Shown piece after piece: positions 46,433 to 55,204 of a DNA stretch of 64,000 nt. The DNA is from Patescibacteria group bacterium (lineage in GTDB: Bacteria > Patescibacteriota > Microgenomatia > UBA1406 > GWC2-37-13). The notes beneath the pieces were generated by a model, which searched no databases, was not told the DNA's origin, and worked only from the letters and a program-made list of their open reading frames with translations. The stretch's first letter is position 1; every line of letters starts with the position of its first letter. Both the position numbers and the translations under genes were made by a program. Location of the stretch: contig JAOAFZ010000002.1 of assembly GCA_026415975.1 (NCBI GenBank), positions 49,390 to 113,389 on the forward strand, in the 5' to 3' direction.

Positions 46433-47137
46433 ATGTCAATCTCCGAAATTCGCGGTAAAACGATTGTAGCGATCTTCGCTCATCCGGATGACGAAGCTTT
46501 TTGTACGGGCGGTACGCTGGCACTCCTCGCAAAAACCAACATCGTGTATCTAATTACCGCGACTAACGGGGAAGCGGCAACCGATAACTTTAGTCCAGTA
46601 AAGGATAAGTCGCTTGCAGAGATCCGTCGCGACGAGGTGCAGACATCTGCCCGGGTGCTTGGTATCCAGGAAGTCTTCTTCCTAAATCTCCCCGATGGCC
46701 AGTTGAATAACATGCTCTATGGAACTGCGGTTGCCAAAGCATCAGAAGTCATCAAGCACCTCGACCCGCATATACTAATTACCTTCGAGCACCACGGACT
46801 CACCGGACATATAGATCATGTGTTCATAACCCGGGTTGCCAATTCGCTCTACGAATCTACGGAAACAATCGAGCAGATCTGGTACTTCTGCTTCGAGAAA
46901 CACGTTCGCGAGCATCTGATGCAGTACTATCGCCACAAAAACTTCGACGTTTACTTTCCGAAAGGGTATGCCGAAGACGAAGTTGAGCTTGTTGTAGACG
47001 TGTCAAGTACCTGGGAACAGAAGATGCAGTCTATCTACGCCCATGCATCGCAAAAAGCTGATTTGGGAGCGTACCTCAAGTCGTACGAGTATTCAAAGCA
47101 GAAGGAATTTTACTTTGTCCGGCGGAAGGGAAGTTGA
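46433..47137 (+). CDS. PIG-L/LmbE-family N-acetylglucosaminyl deacetylase
   Basis: VAIFAHPDDEAFCTGGTLA and GHIDH are metal-ligand motifs. Confidence 0.85.
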   Translation: MSISEIRGKTIVAIFAHPDDEAFCTGGTLALLAKTNIVYLITATNGEAATDNFSPVKDKSLAEIRRDEVQTSARVLGIQEVFFLNLPDGQLNNMLYGTAVAKASEVIKHLDPHILITFEHHGLTGHIDHVFITRVANSLYESTETIEQIWYFCFEKHVREHLMQYYRHKNFDVYFPKGYAEDEVELVVDVSSTWEQKMQSIYAHASQKADLGAYLKSYEYSKQKEFYFVRRKGS

Positions 47138-47180
47138 GAGGCTTAGATATTTTGACAATCCGCTACAATACAACAAATCT

Positions 47181-48704
47181 ATGGCACAACACGAACGTAC
47201 GGTTGGATTACATACCGGTATTAGGCAGGAAAGCGCAGCCGCATTCCGCGTTCCTCCTGATAAACTGGCCGCGTCCGGCGGCGGCAGTGCCACCGGAGGT
47301 GCCGCGCCCGCAACCGTTTCCATGGCGGAAGCATTTGCTCTCCACGCAGAGGAGGTGCTTGCAAATGAAGGATATCACTACGGCGTTGATGTTCTTCTGG
47401 ATACACCATACCCCTACCGTGGCTACGATCCGGCGGAAGCAGGGTTTCCAGAGAACATGCGGACCTTTATGTACGGACTCCCGCGCCATCGCAACGGAAG
47501 CCCCGCTTCCTACGATGATATGATTCGCATGTATAAGCGAAGAGCCGCGCAGATGGCTGCTATGAAAGCGGAATTCCGTGCAATGGTAAGCCGTGGGCCT
47601 ACCTTCAGCCTGGGGCATTTCTATGTCGATCTCGCCGTCCGGCGTCACGTCCTGGCTGAGCTGGCGCAATACGGACCAGTAATACCGCAGTATGGTGCGT
47701 TCCACTCTGCACTTGCCGACCAAATCAAGCTAGAAAGTCCGGGACTCTATGCGGCTCTGGTAGAATCCGGAAATTTAACCAGAAGACGGATTCAGGCAGA
47801 GCGAGTCCTAATCGCTTCCAATATTACGATGTTTTCCACTGAAGCGGAGCGCCAGATGACCATCCAGGCACTCACCGGGAAGAAGGTAAACGGAAGGATA
47901 TTAACAACAGAGTATTTGGAAGCACGAACGCTAGTAGTACCGCTTACCATAGATTCGGATCAGTTTTCACCGGAGGACCCAATGCAGCCAAACCGGAAAC
48001 GGAACGAACAGCGCAAAGCGTTTCTGGGAGAGTATGGAATTGCCTTAGAAGATTTCGTTATCGGCGGGGTAATGCGACTGGACGCTGAAAAAGGATACGA
48101 TGAATTTGCCAGGGGATTTATCGAGTTTCTTGAAGAATTTGAAAACCTTTACAGAGATCCAACTTCGCGACCTCGTGTTCCAAAGCTGTTTATCGCCGGA
48201 GGAGTTCCGAATAAACCAGGTATGCAGGAAAAGTATGAGGCATTGCTAAAGCGAATCAGAGAGTTCGAAGAATCTCACCCTAAATACCAGGGTCACATTA
48301 TAATTCCTAATACTGCATTCCATCATGGAAAGATAGCAAATGCCTTTGATTGGTTGGTGGGTCCTTCACTTTCGGAAACGTTTCACCTAGCACCGAAAGA
48401 GGCAAATGCCGCAGGAGTTCCTGTTGCTCTTACTAATATCGCTGCCCATCATGAAACCCATGGTCATAGCGCAATATACTTCGATCTTGTGAAGGAGGAT
48501 CGAAATGGCGTATTCACACCCGATACCCAGTCAATCATTGAGGTTATTCAGCGTATGCTTGATCCGCAGATCAGGGATTACTATGCAAAAGCCGGGATCA
48601 TCAACTCCCAACGGTTCTCGAAGCACGCTGTAGCGGAACTGCTCGTCAAAGACATGCTTTCCCGGTATCCGCACCAGTTTGAGCATAGTCAGACCTGGCA
48701 GTAA
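47181..48704 (+). CDS. GT-B (GT4-like) glycosyltransferase with a long N-terminal region
   Basis: The C-half GPSLSETFHLAPKEANAAGVPVALTNIAAHHE. I chose the start at ATG 47181 (MAQHERT), because the ORF-track start overlaps the upstream gene. Confidence 0.55.
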   Translation: MAQHERTVGLHTGIRQESAAAFRVPPDKLAASGGGSATGGAAPATVSMAEAFALHAEEVLANEGYHYGVDVLLDTPYPYRGYDPAEAGFPENMRTFMYGLPRHRNGSPASYDDMIRMYKRRAAQMAAMKAEFRAMVSRGPTFSLGHFYVDLAVRRHVLAELAQYGPVIPQYGAFHSALADQIKLESPGLYAALVESGNLTRRRIQAERVLIASNITMFSTEAERQMTIQALTGKKVNGRILTTEYLEARTLVVPLTIDSDQFSPEDPMQPNRKRNEQRKAFLGEYGIALEDFVIGGVMRLDAEKGYDEFARGFIEFLEEFENLYRDPTSRPRVPKLFIAGGVPNKPGMQEKYEALLKRIREFEESHPKYQGHIIIPNTAFHHGKIANAFDWLVGPSLSETFHLAPKEANAAGVPVALTNIAAHHETHGHSAIYFDLVKEDRNGVFTPDTQSIIEVIQRMLDPQIRDYYAKAGIINSQRFSKHAVAELLVKDMLSRYPHQFEHSQTWQ

Positions 48705-48769
48705 CCCTGTCTCTCGCTCTGTCCGAACGTTGTCTGGAAATCTGCCGTTTCTTCCGGTAAAGTAGATGA

Positions 48770-51079
48770 ATGTCTCAGCTTATCGATCAGGCATTTCAAC
48801 TCGCCCTCGAAAATTTACAGAAGAACCGGACCAAATTCGGCCTGGTAGCATCCCGCTCCGTCAACACCGATGATAAGCCGCCATACGATTATCTCTTTCC
48901 CCGCGATACCGGGGTAAGCGTATTCGGGCTCATGTTCTCCGATGATCCGGAGATGCTGGAACTGGCCCGCGTATCCATCGAGTCGCTGGCGATTGCGCAA
49001 TCGGACAAAGGACAGTTTCCACAGAGCTACCGGTTGGACAGCAACCGACCAGAGTGGTGGCATCCGGGTACGGTGGACAGCACGCTCTGGTGGTCTATCG
49101 CGCTGCTGAAATACTTCGAGAAAACGGGGGACCGCGCGTTTTTTAATTCGCATCGCGAACGGCTAGAGCGCGCGTTTACCTGGCTCACTTACCAAGACAC
49201 CAACAACGACAGCCTACTAGAACAAGGCGAAGCCGCTGGCTGGGACGATGAGTTTCCGCGTCATGGGACGGTGCTGTATACCAACGCCTTATGGTACTGG
49301 TTGGTTCGACTGCGCGTTGAGGTCGAGGGCAGAGAGGAACTTAAGGTACTTCAGGATAAAATCCGGGAGGGTGTAAATACCTTCTTGTGGGTTCACAAAG
49401 GAGACGACCACACCCGTAACTACTTCCCCGAAAACGATTACACCCGCAACACGTTTTTTTCGTTCCGCCTGATGGAATGGGTGAACGCGCAGGCCGTCGT
49501 GCTGCCGTATTACCTGGGCTATGTGTCTCACCTCTCGTTCGAGATGCGCTGCGATGTGTACGGGAATATCCTGGCATGCCTTTCTGGGCTTGCTGACGAC
49601 AAACGCAAACGCCTTATCGTAGACTTTATCTTCCGCGCCGGGATCAACGTGCCGTTCCCAGTGAAGGTGCTGTATCCGCCGATCTACCCAGGTGAAAACG
49701 ACTGGCGGCCGTATATGAGCAAAGGGCGGCAGAACTACCCGTGGCAGTACCATAACGGCGGTATCTGGCCGTACGTGGGCGGTTTCTGGGTGGTACTGCT
49801 GGCGCAGATGGGCCACCCGAAAGCGCATGAAGAGCTGGAAAAGCTGGCAAAAGCAGCTAGTCTGAATGACTGGGAGTTCAACGAGTACCTGCACGGCCAG
49901 AACGGTACTCCGATGGGGATGACGTTCCAGACTTGGAATATGGCAATGTACGTGGCGGCGTACAAGGCCGTTTCGCATACCAAAGCCGAGCAGCAGACGG
50001 TTCCGGTGGTGTCAATGGACGAGCTTACCGAAATCCGCGACCGCCTGACCGATGCCCTGCGGGCCGGTGCGGAGGGCCGGGAAACCGCACTACCCTTTAT
50101 CCGCCAGCAGATGCCGGACGGACCGGTGGTGCAGAAGGACGAGACGTTTCAGGTGATCGTGATCGGGGGGAGCGTGTACAAAAACGTGCTGATGCGCAAG
50201 CTCGAGGGCTATTCGATGATCGATCATCTGGAGGAGGGGAATCTGCCGACGCTCGATACGAAGGAGGGGTTCCTGGAGTTTGTGGGTAGCCTGGCTGACC
50301 GGAACGTAAACGCGATAGCAATCAATTTCGCGCACGCAATCGGGAGTACTCTGCGCAACGGACTGGTAGACGGCAAACTGCTTTTCGGAGCAAAGGAACA
50401 TACTCTTACCGGATTGGAAGGGAAATTCGTCGGAGAAACCATCGAACAGTACCTGGCGGAAACCCAACACCGCACCGTACGCGTTTCGGTGGCAAATGAT
50501 ACCGTGTGTCTGCTCCTGTCCAGCCTGCGGCGCTACGAGTGGAATCGGTCTGCCTGCGGCATAGTTGGTACCGGATTGAACTTCGCCATGTTTGCCGACG
50601 CACAAACAGCGATAAATCTGGAATCGGGGGAGTTCGGCGACTTTCCGCTGTCGGAAGCGGCGAAACTCGTGGATGAACGCTCCGCGAACCCCGGCAGCGG
50701 CTTACTTGAGAAAGAAATCGCCGGAGCCTACCTGTATCAGGCATACAACATCTACGCCGAACGGCTGGGTGTTGCCGGAGCACCGCTTACGGCAACCCGC
50801 GAGCTGGATAAAATCGCAACTGACCCGAATCATCCCGGACACCAGATTGCGCTGGCACTGCTGGAACGTTCGGCAGCTCTGGTAGCGGCTCAGGTGGCGG
50901 CAATCATGGCATACCATGATTGCGATATTGTATTTAACATGCTGGGCAGCCTGTTCTGGAAGGCCTCCGGCTACGAGGCGCACGTGGAAAAGTACACTGC
51001 CGCGCTCTCGTCGCACCGCGCCTCTTTCGTGAGCATTATGAACTCGGAGGTATATGGCGCAGCGCAGCTTGTCGCGTAA
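48770..51079 (+). CDS. fusion protein: an (alpha/alpha)6 glycoside hydrolase (GH100 invertase / GDE_C-like) plus a hexokinase-family kinase
   Basis: The N-half has YDYLFPRDTGVSVFGL, GTVDSTLWWSIALLKYFEKTGD, GGIWPYVGGFWV and EFNEYLHG..GTPMG...QTWNMAMY. The C-half has FQVIVIGGSVYK (phosphate-1), INFAHAI, VANDTVCLL, CGIVGTGLNFAMF, NLESGEF, LEKEIAGAYL and MLGSLFW...VYGAAQLVA, in the same order as canonical hexokinase motifs. Confidence 0.75.
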   Translation: MSQLIDQAFQLALENLQKNRTKFGLVASRSVNTDDKPPYDYLFPRDTGVSVFGLMFSDDPEMLELARVSIESLAIAQSDKGQFPQSYRLDSNRPEWWHPGTVDSTLWWSIALLKYFEKTGDRAFFNSHRERLERAFTWLTYQDTNNDSLLEQGEAAGWDDEFPRHGTVLYTNALWYWLVRLRVEVEGREELKVLQDKIREGVNTFLWVHKGDDHTRNYFPENDYTRNTFFSFRLMEWVNAQAVVLPYYLGYVSHLSFEMRCDVYGNILACLSGLADDKRKRLIVDFIFRAGINVPFPVKVLYPPIYPGENDWRPYMSKGRQNYPWQYHNGGIWPYVGGFWVVLLAQMGHPKAHEELEKLAKAASLNDWEFNEYLHGQNGTPMGMTFQTWNMAMYVAAYKAVSHTKAEQQTVPVVSMDELTEIRDRLTDALRAGAEGRETALPFIRQQMPDGPVVQKDETFQVIVIGGSVYKNVLMRKLEGYSMIDHLEEGNLPTLDTKEGFLEFVGSLADRNVNAIAINFAHAIGSTLRNGLVDGKLLFGAKEHTLTGLEGKFVGETIEQYLAETQHRTVRVSVANDTVCLLLSSLRRYEWNRSACGIVGTGLNFAMFADAQTAINLESGEFGDFPLSEAAKLVDERSANPGSGLLEKEIAGAYLYQAYNIYAERLGVAGAPLTATRELDKIATDPNHPGHQIALALLERSAALVAAQVAAIMAYHDCDIVFNMLGSLFWKASGYEAHVEKYTAALSSHRASFVSIMNSEVYGAAQLVA

Positions 51080-51194
51080 GGAGACCCACCCTGCAAACAG
51101 GGGTACAGGATACAAGAAGTTCGGCATCCTGATTGCATAGGGCGATCCACCTTCCAAACTAAGGGAGCGGAAGAGATGTAAACCAGTACCGGTC

Positions 51195-51203
51195 TGGTAT
51201 ACT
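51195..51203 (+). promoter_or_regulatory. extended -10 (TGgTATACT) 6 nt upstream of the glmS ATG 51210
   Basis: Read directly from the sequence. Confidence 0.5.
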
Positions 51204-51209
51204 GGTGCC

Positions 51210-52970
51210 ATGTGCGGAATTTTTGCCTACACGGGCCCGGATGCAACCGCCGGTGCAATAGTTCTGGAGGGACTTAAGTCGCTTGAGTACCGGGGCTACG
51301 ACTCGTGGGGTGTCGCGATCCGCACAGCTGACGGAACGATTTCGGTAATCAAACACACCGGCAAGATAGGGTCCGCCAAGCTCCCGCATATCGTCTCCCA
51401 TACGGCACTCGGGCATACCCGCTGGGCTACCCACGGCGGCGTCACGCAGGCCAATGCACACCCCCATCTCTCCTCTGACGGAAAAATCGTTCTGGTGCAT
51501 AACGGCATTGTAGAGAATTACCAGACGCTGAAACGAGAATTGCAGGAGCTCGGCTACGCGTTTCGCTCCGAAACCGACTCCGAAGTAATCGCACATCTGA
51601 TCGCTGAAACCCGGAAGTCTGTGTCCGACCCGGTCGCTTGTGTGCGCACCGCTTTCGAGCGGTTAATCGGAATGAACGGGGTGGTCTGCTATTTTGCCGA
51701 CGACGACACCTTTGTAGCGGTAAAGAACGGCTCGCCGCTGGTGTTTGCCCGGGCGGGAAAGGCCCGCCTCCTGGCCTCGGATCCGGCCGCACTGGCACCA
51801 CATTCCCGCGAAGTACTATTTCTGGAAGACGGTGATTGCATCGCAATCAGCCCTGACGGGGACACCTACTACGGAGCAGATGGTATGAAAAAACAGATGG
51901 TATTCCAGCTTCTAGACTTCGATCCGGAGGATGCACAACTGAATGGCTTTCCGCACTTCATGCTCAAAGAAATCCACGAACAGCCTGAATTGATCCGGAG
52001 GATTACAGAGGCTCAGGAAGAAGCCGTCAAGAAAGCCGCCGTCATGATCCGGGAATCCTATGGAACTTATCTGGTGGGCTGCGGCACGGCCTCCTATGCA
52101 GCACTGGCCGGCACCTACCTGTTCTCAAAAATCGCGGGCCGGCATGTGAACTTCTCGATCGCGTCGGAGTTCGCGTATCTCACGCAGTTTATCAGGGAGC
52201 GGTCGCTCGTGGTACCGCTCTCGCAGTCGGGGGAGACCATAGACGTTATCGATGGCGTTCGCGACGCGAAGATGCGAAAAGCACGGATAATGACCATCAC
52301 GAATGTGCAAGGGTCTTCACTTTTCCGCATGGCAGACTATGCGCTGCTTCTCGGGGCCGGACCGGAAAAAGCGGTCTGTTCCACAAAAGCCTTTACCGCA
52401 AAAGTAGCACTGCTCTTGCTGATCGCCCACGAACTTGCCGGCAATCGGGAGAGAGGGCAGGAAACACTAAAGCAGGCTGCGGCCGCTGTTGCCGACGTAC
52501 TGGACCGCAAAGATGAGCTTCGAGCACTGGCAGAGCGTATGCACCACCGGGACCACCTGTTTGTGCTGGGACGGGGTGTTTCGTATCCGGTGGCACTGGA
52601 GTCGGCCCTCAAGATCAAGGAAGTATCGTATATCCACGCCGAGGGATTTGCGGCGGGAGAACTCAAACACGGGGTTATTGCCCTGATCGAACAGGGGACA
52701 CCGGTACTTATTTACAACCCCGACGACGAAACCTACCATGACACGCTCTCGGCAGCACACGAAGTAAAGGCACGGGGTGCTTATGTGATCGGCGTTTCGA
52801 GCAGGAACTCGGATGTCTACGATGCATATTTTCACATAGATGACTGCGCAGATGCAACGATCATTCCCAACGTGGTGGTTGCCCAGTTCTTGGGGTATTA
52901 TCTGGCCGTCCTGAAAGGCTTTGATCCCGATAAACCACGAAACCTTGCCAAAAGTGTTACGGTAAAATAA
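51210..52970 (+). CDS. glmS: glutamine--fructose-6-phosphate aminotransferase
   Basis: MCGIFAY (N-terminal nucleophile Cys), GHTRWATHG, two SIS domains, and a C-terminal ...AKSVTVK. Confidence 0.95.
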   Translation: MCGIFAYTGPDATAGAIVLEGLKSLEYRGYDSWGVAIRTADGTISVIKHTGKIGSAKLPHIVSHTALGHTRWATHGGVTQANAHPHLSSDGKIVLVHNGIVENYQTLKRELQELGYAFRSETDSEVIAHLIAETRKSVSDPVACVRTAFERLIGMNGVVCYFADDDTFVAVKNGSPLVFARAGKARLLASDPAALAPHSREVLFLEDGDCIAISPDGDTYYGADGMKKQMVFQLLDFDPEDAQLNGFPHFMLKEIHEQPELIRRITEAQEEAVKKAAVMIRESYGTYLVGCGTASYAALAGTYLFSKIAGRHVNFSIASEFAYLTQFIRERSLVVPLSQSGETIDVIDGVRDAKMRKARIMTITNVQGSSLFRMADYALLLGAGPEKAVCSTKAFTAKVALLLLIAHELAGNRERGQETLKQAAAAVADVLDRKDELRALAERMHHRDHLFVLGRGVSYPVALESALKIKEVSYIHAEGFAAGELKHGVIALIEQGTPVLIYNPDDETYHDTLSAAHEVKARGAYVIGVSSRNSDVYDAYFHIDDCADATIIPNVVVAQFLGYYLAVLKGFDPDKPRNLAKSVTVK

Positions 52971-52973
52971 GAA

Positions 52974-54053
52974 ATGCCACCTCTTGCTATCCCCGACATT
53001 ATCCAGATGCGCGATGCGTTCGTTGAAGAAATGAAGCTCGCCGCCAAAGGCCAGAAAACCAGCATTCCGTTCATAAAACAGCGTATCGCCGAACACCCGG
53101 CGGTTGCGGAAGGCGAAACGTTCCAGGTGCTCATTATCGGCGGTTCCGTGTACAAATGGTCACTGGCACAACGCAGTGGCAGCACAGTGAGCTTTGATGA
53201 CCAAACCCAGGGAGCGCTTCCGGCGTTTAACGATCGGACCACCTTTCTTAACTTCATACTGGGGTTGATTTCCCCGGAAGTTTCCTCGGTGGCTATGAAT
53301 ATAGCCTACGCTCTTACGCCGACATTTCGGAACGGGCTCATGGACGGTGTACTGCTCTGGGGGTCCAAAGAGCACTCGTTTACCGGACTTATCGGTGTAG
53401 ATATCGGGAAAGCAATCGAGGACCATGCCGCGGCCGCAGGTAGAACGATCCGGGTAGCGGTGGCCAACGATACGATCTGCCTCCTACTCTCCGGCCGAGA
53501 CGAGTATCCGTGGAACGCATTTGCCTGTGGAATCGCCGGCACCGGACTCAACTTTGCGCTTTTTTCCGATCCTGTTACCGCGGTGAATCTACAATCGGGA
53601 GAGTTCGATAAACTCGAACTTACCCCGGAGGCTACAGAACTAGATTCCCAAAGCCAGGTGCCCGGGAGCGCCCTCCTGGAAAAGGAAACTGCTGGGGCGT
53701 ACCTGTTCCGCAAGTATCAGATCGGTCTGAAACAGCGGGGAATCGAGGCGCCGGCGATAAACTCTACAGCTGAACTTGATGGTATCGCAGCTGACGAATC
53801 ACACCCCGGCAGTGCACTCGCCAGGGAGATCCTGGAATACTCCGCAGCCCTTGTTGCCATGCAGGCGAGTGCCCTTGCCGAGTTCCAGGGGGGCAATCTG
53901 ACAGTACGAGTGGCCGGAGGCCTGTTCTGGAACGGCTATGGATACCGGGAAACTGCCGAACGTGTGGTACGCCAGCTTTCGCCGCAACGGCAGATCCGGT
54001 TCGTCGGAAGTGAATTGGCCGAACGGGTGGGGACGGCAAAACTGGTGTCATAA
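52974..54053 (+). CDS. hexokinase-family sugar kinase (stand-alone paralogue 2)
   Basis: FQVLIIGGSVYK, MNIAYAL, VANDTICLL, CGIAGTGLNFALF, NLQSGEF, LEKETAGAYL and GGLFW...VGTAKLVS are collinear with the C-half of 48770-51079. Confidence 0.75.
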   Translation: MPPLAIPDIIQMRDAFVEEMKLAAKGQKTSIPFIKQRIAEHPAVAEGETFQVLIIGGSVYKWSLAQRSGSTVSFDDQTQGALPAFNDRTTFLNFILGLISPEVSSVAMNIAYALTPTFRNGLMDGVLLWGSKEHSFTGLIGVDIGKAIEDHAAAAGRTIRVAVANDTICLLLSGRDEYPWNAFACGIAGTGLNFALFSDPVTAVNLQSGEFDKLELTPEATELDSQSQVPGSALLEKETAGAYLFRKYQIGLKQRGIEAPAINSTAELDGIAADESHPGSALAREILEYSAALVAMQASALAEFQGGNLTVRVAGGLFWNGYGYRETAERVVRQLSPQRQIRFVGSELAERVGTAKLVS

Positions 54054-54055
54054 GG

Positions 54056-54061
54056 TATAAT
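54056..54061 (+). promoter_or_regulatory. -10 box (TATAAT) 6 nt upstream of ATG 54068
   Basis: Read directly from the sequence. Confidence 0.5.
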
Positions 54062-54067
54062 TACCTC

Positions 54068-55153
54068 ATGGAGATAAGTGAACTTCGGAAAATAACCGAT
54101 GCGTTTGTTGAAGAACTGGACATGGCACAACGAGGCAATAAAACCAGTTTACCCTTCATTGTAAATCAGTTTCCGGATCATCCGCTCGTTCCCGAACACG
54201 ATGATTTTCTTGTTCTGGTGATTGGTGGCACCATCTTCCAGGTTGCTCGGTGCCGGAAAGAACATGGCCAGATACTTATTCTCCGGAAACGTGCCGGAGA
54301 GCTTGTGGCTTTTTCCAACAAAGATACATTTCTGAGATTTGTGGAGGAACTGATTCCCGATGATGTCAAATATGTCGCAGTAAATTTTGCCTACCCTCTC
54401 AGTCCGCTGTTTAAGAAAAACAAGCTCGATGGAATCCTTATCTCCGGCACCAAGGAGCATACGTTTGATGGGCTGGTTGGTTTGGTGGTAGGTGACACAA
54501 TTGAAGCCTATCTAAAAGAAAAACGTGGCCAGGTAGTCACTGTAAGTACCGCAAATGACACTATTTGTGAGTTACTTTCAGGAGTATCCAAAGCAAGTCG
54601 TCCGGAATTTCTTGCATGTGGCATAGTCGGAACCGGCGTAAACTTTGCTTTCTTTATGGATTCACATCATGCGGTGAATCTGGAAGCAGCAAACTTTAAC
54701 AAGTTTCCTCAAAGTAAATACGGGAAAAAAATTGACGAACACTCCCAGCATCCCAATCAAGCTCTATTTGAAAAAGAAACATCCGGTGGATACTTATTTC
54801 AGCATATGAATCTGTTTTCCGAGGAACACGGACTTGATCTGAAACTTAAGTCATCGAAAGAACTGGATGACTATGCCAAGAAATGCGAAGTTGCGACCGA
54901 GGGAGATGCTTGTGCCTTTGCCTGGGAATTACTCGACCGCTCAGCCGGACTAGTTGCGTGTCAGATTGCTGGGATAACCAGGTATAAAGCGGCAGACATG
55001 ATATTTATCATGGCCGGAAGCCTATTTTGGAAAGCCTTTAATTATAAGGAAAGCGTATCTAAGTACGTAAAAATACTTGTGCCTGAGTATAACGTTACGT
55101 TTATCACTATAGAGAACTGTGAGATCTATGGTGCTGCCCGACTGGTCGCCTGA
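54068..55153 (+). CDS. hexokinase-family sugar kinase (stand-alone paralogue 3, visibly more AT-rich)
   Basis: FLVLVIGGTIFQ, VNFAYPL, TANDTICELL, CGIVGTGVNFAFF, NLEAANF, FEKETSGGYL and AGSLFW...IYGAARLVA. Confidence 0.75.
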   Translation: MEISELRKITDAFVEELDMAQRGNKTSLPFIVNQFPDHPLVPEHDDFLVLVIGGTIFQVARCRKEHGQILILRKRAGELVAFSNKDTFLRFVEELIPDDVKYVAVNFAYPLSPLFKKNKLDGILISGTKEHTFDGLVGLVVGDTIEAYLKEKRGQVVTVSTANDTICELLSGVSKASRPEFLACGIVGTGVNFAFFMDSHHAVNLEAANFNKFPQSKYGKKIDEHSQHPNQALFEKETSGGYLFQHMNLFSEEHGLDLKLKSSKELDDYAKKCEVATEGDACAFAWELLDRSAGLVACQIAGITRYKAADMIFIMAGSLFWKAFNYKESVSKYVKILVPEYNVTFITIENCEIYGAARLVA

Positions 55154-55189
55154 GTATCAGGCTCAAAGGATATTTTGTTGTGGTCTTTG

Positions 55190-55198
55190 TGGTAGTAT
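55190..55198 (+). promoter_or_regulatory. extended -10 (TGgTAGTAT) 6 nt upstream of ATG 55205
   Basis: Read directly from the sequence. Confidence 0.5.
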
Positions 55199-55204
55199 TA
55201 CCCT

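Noticed and set aside
51080-51209. A possible glmS ribozyme or riboswitch upstream of glmS.
   Set aside because: Only ~130 nt are available, and none of the conserved glmS-ribozyme core sequence is recognisable. The -10 box sits 6 nt from the ATG, which leaves no leader to hold a ribozyme.
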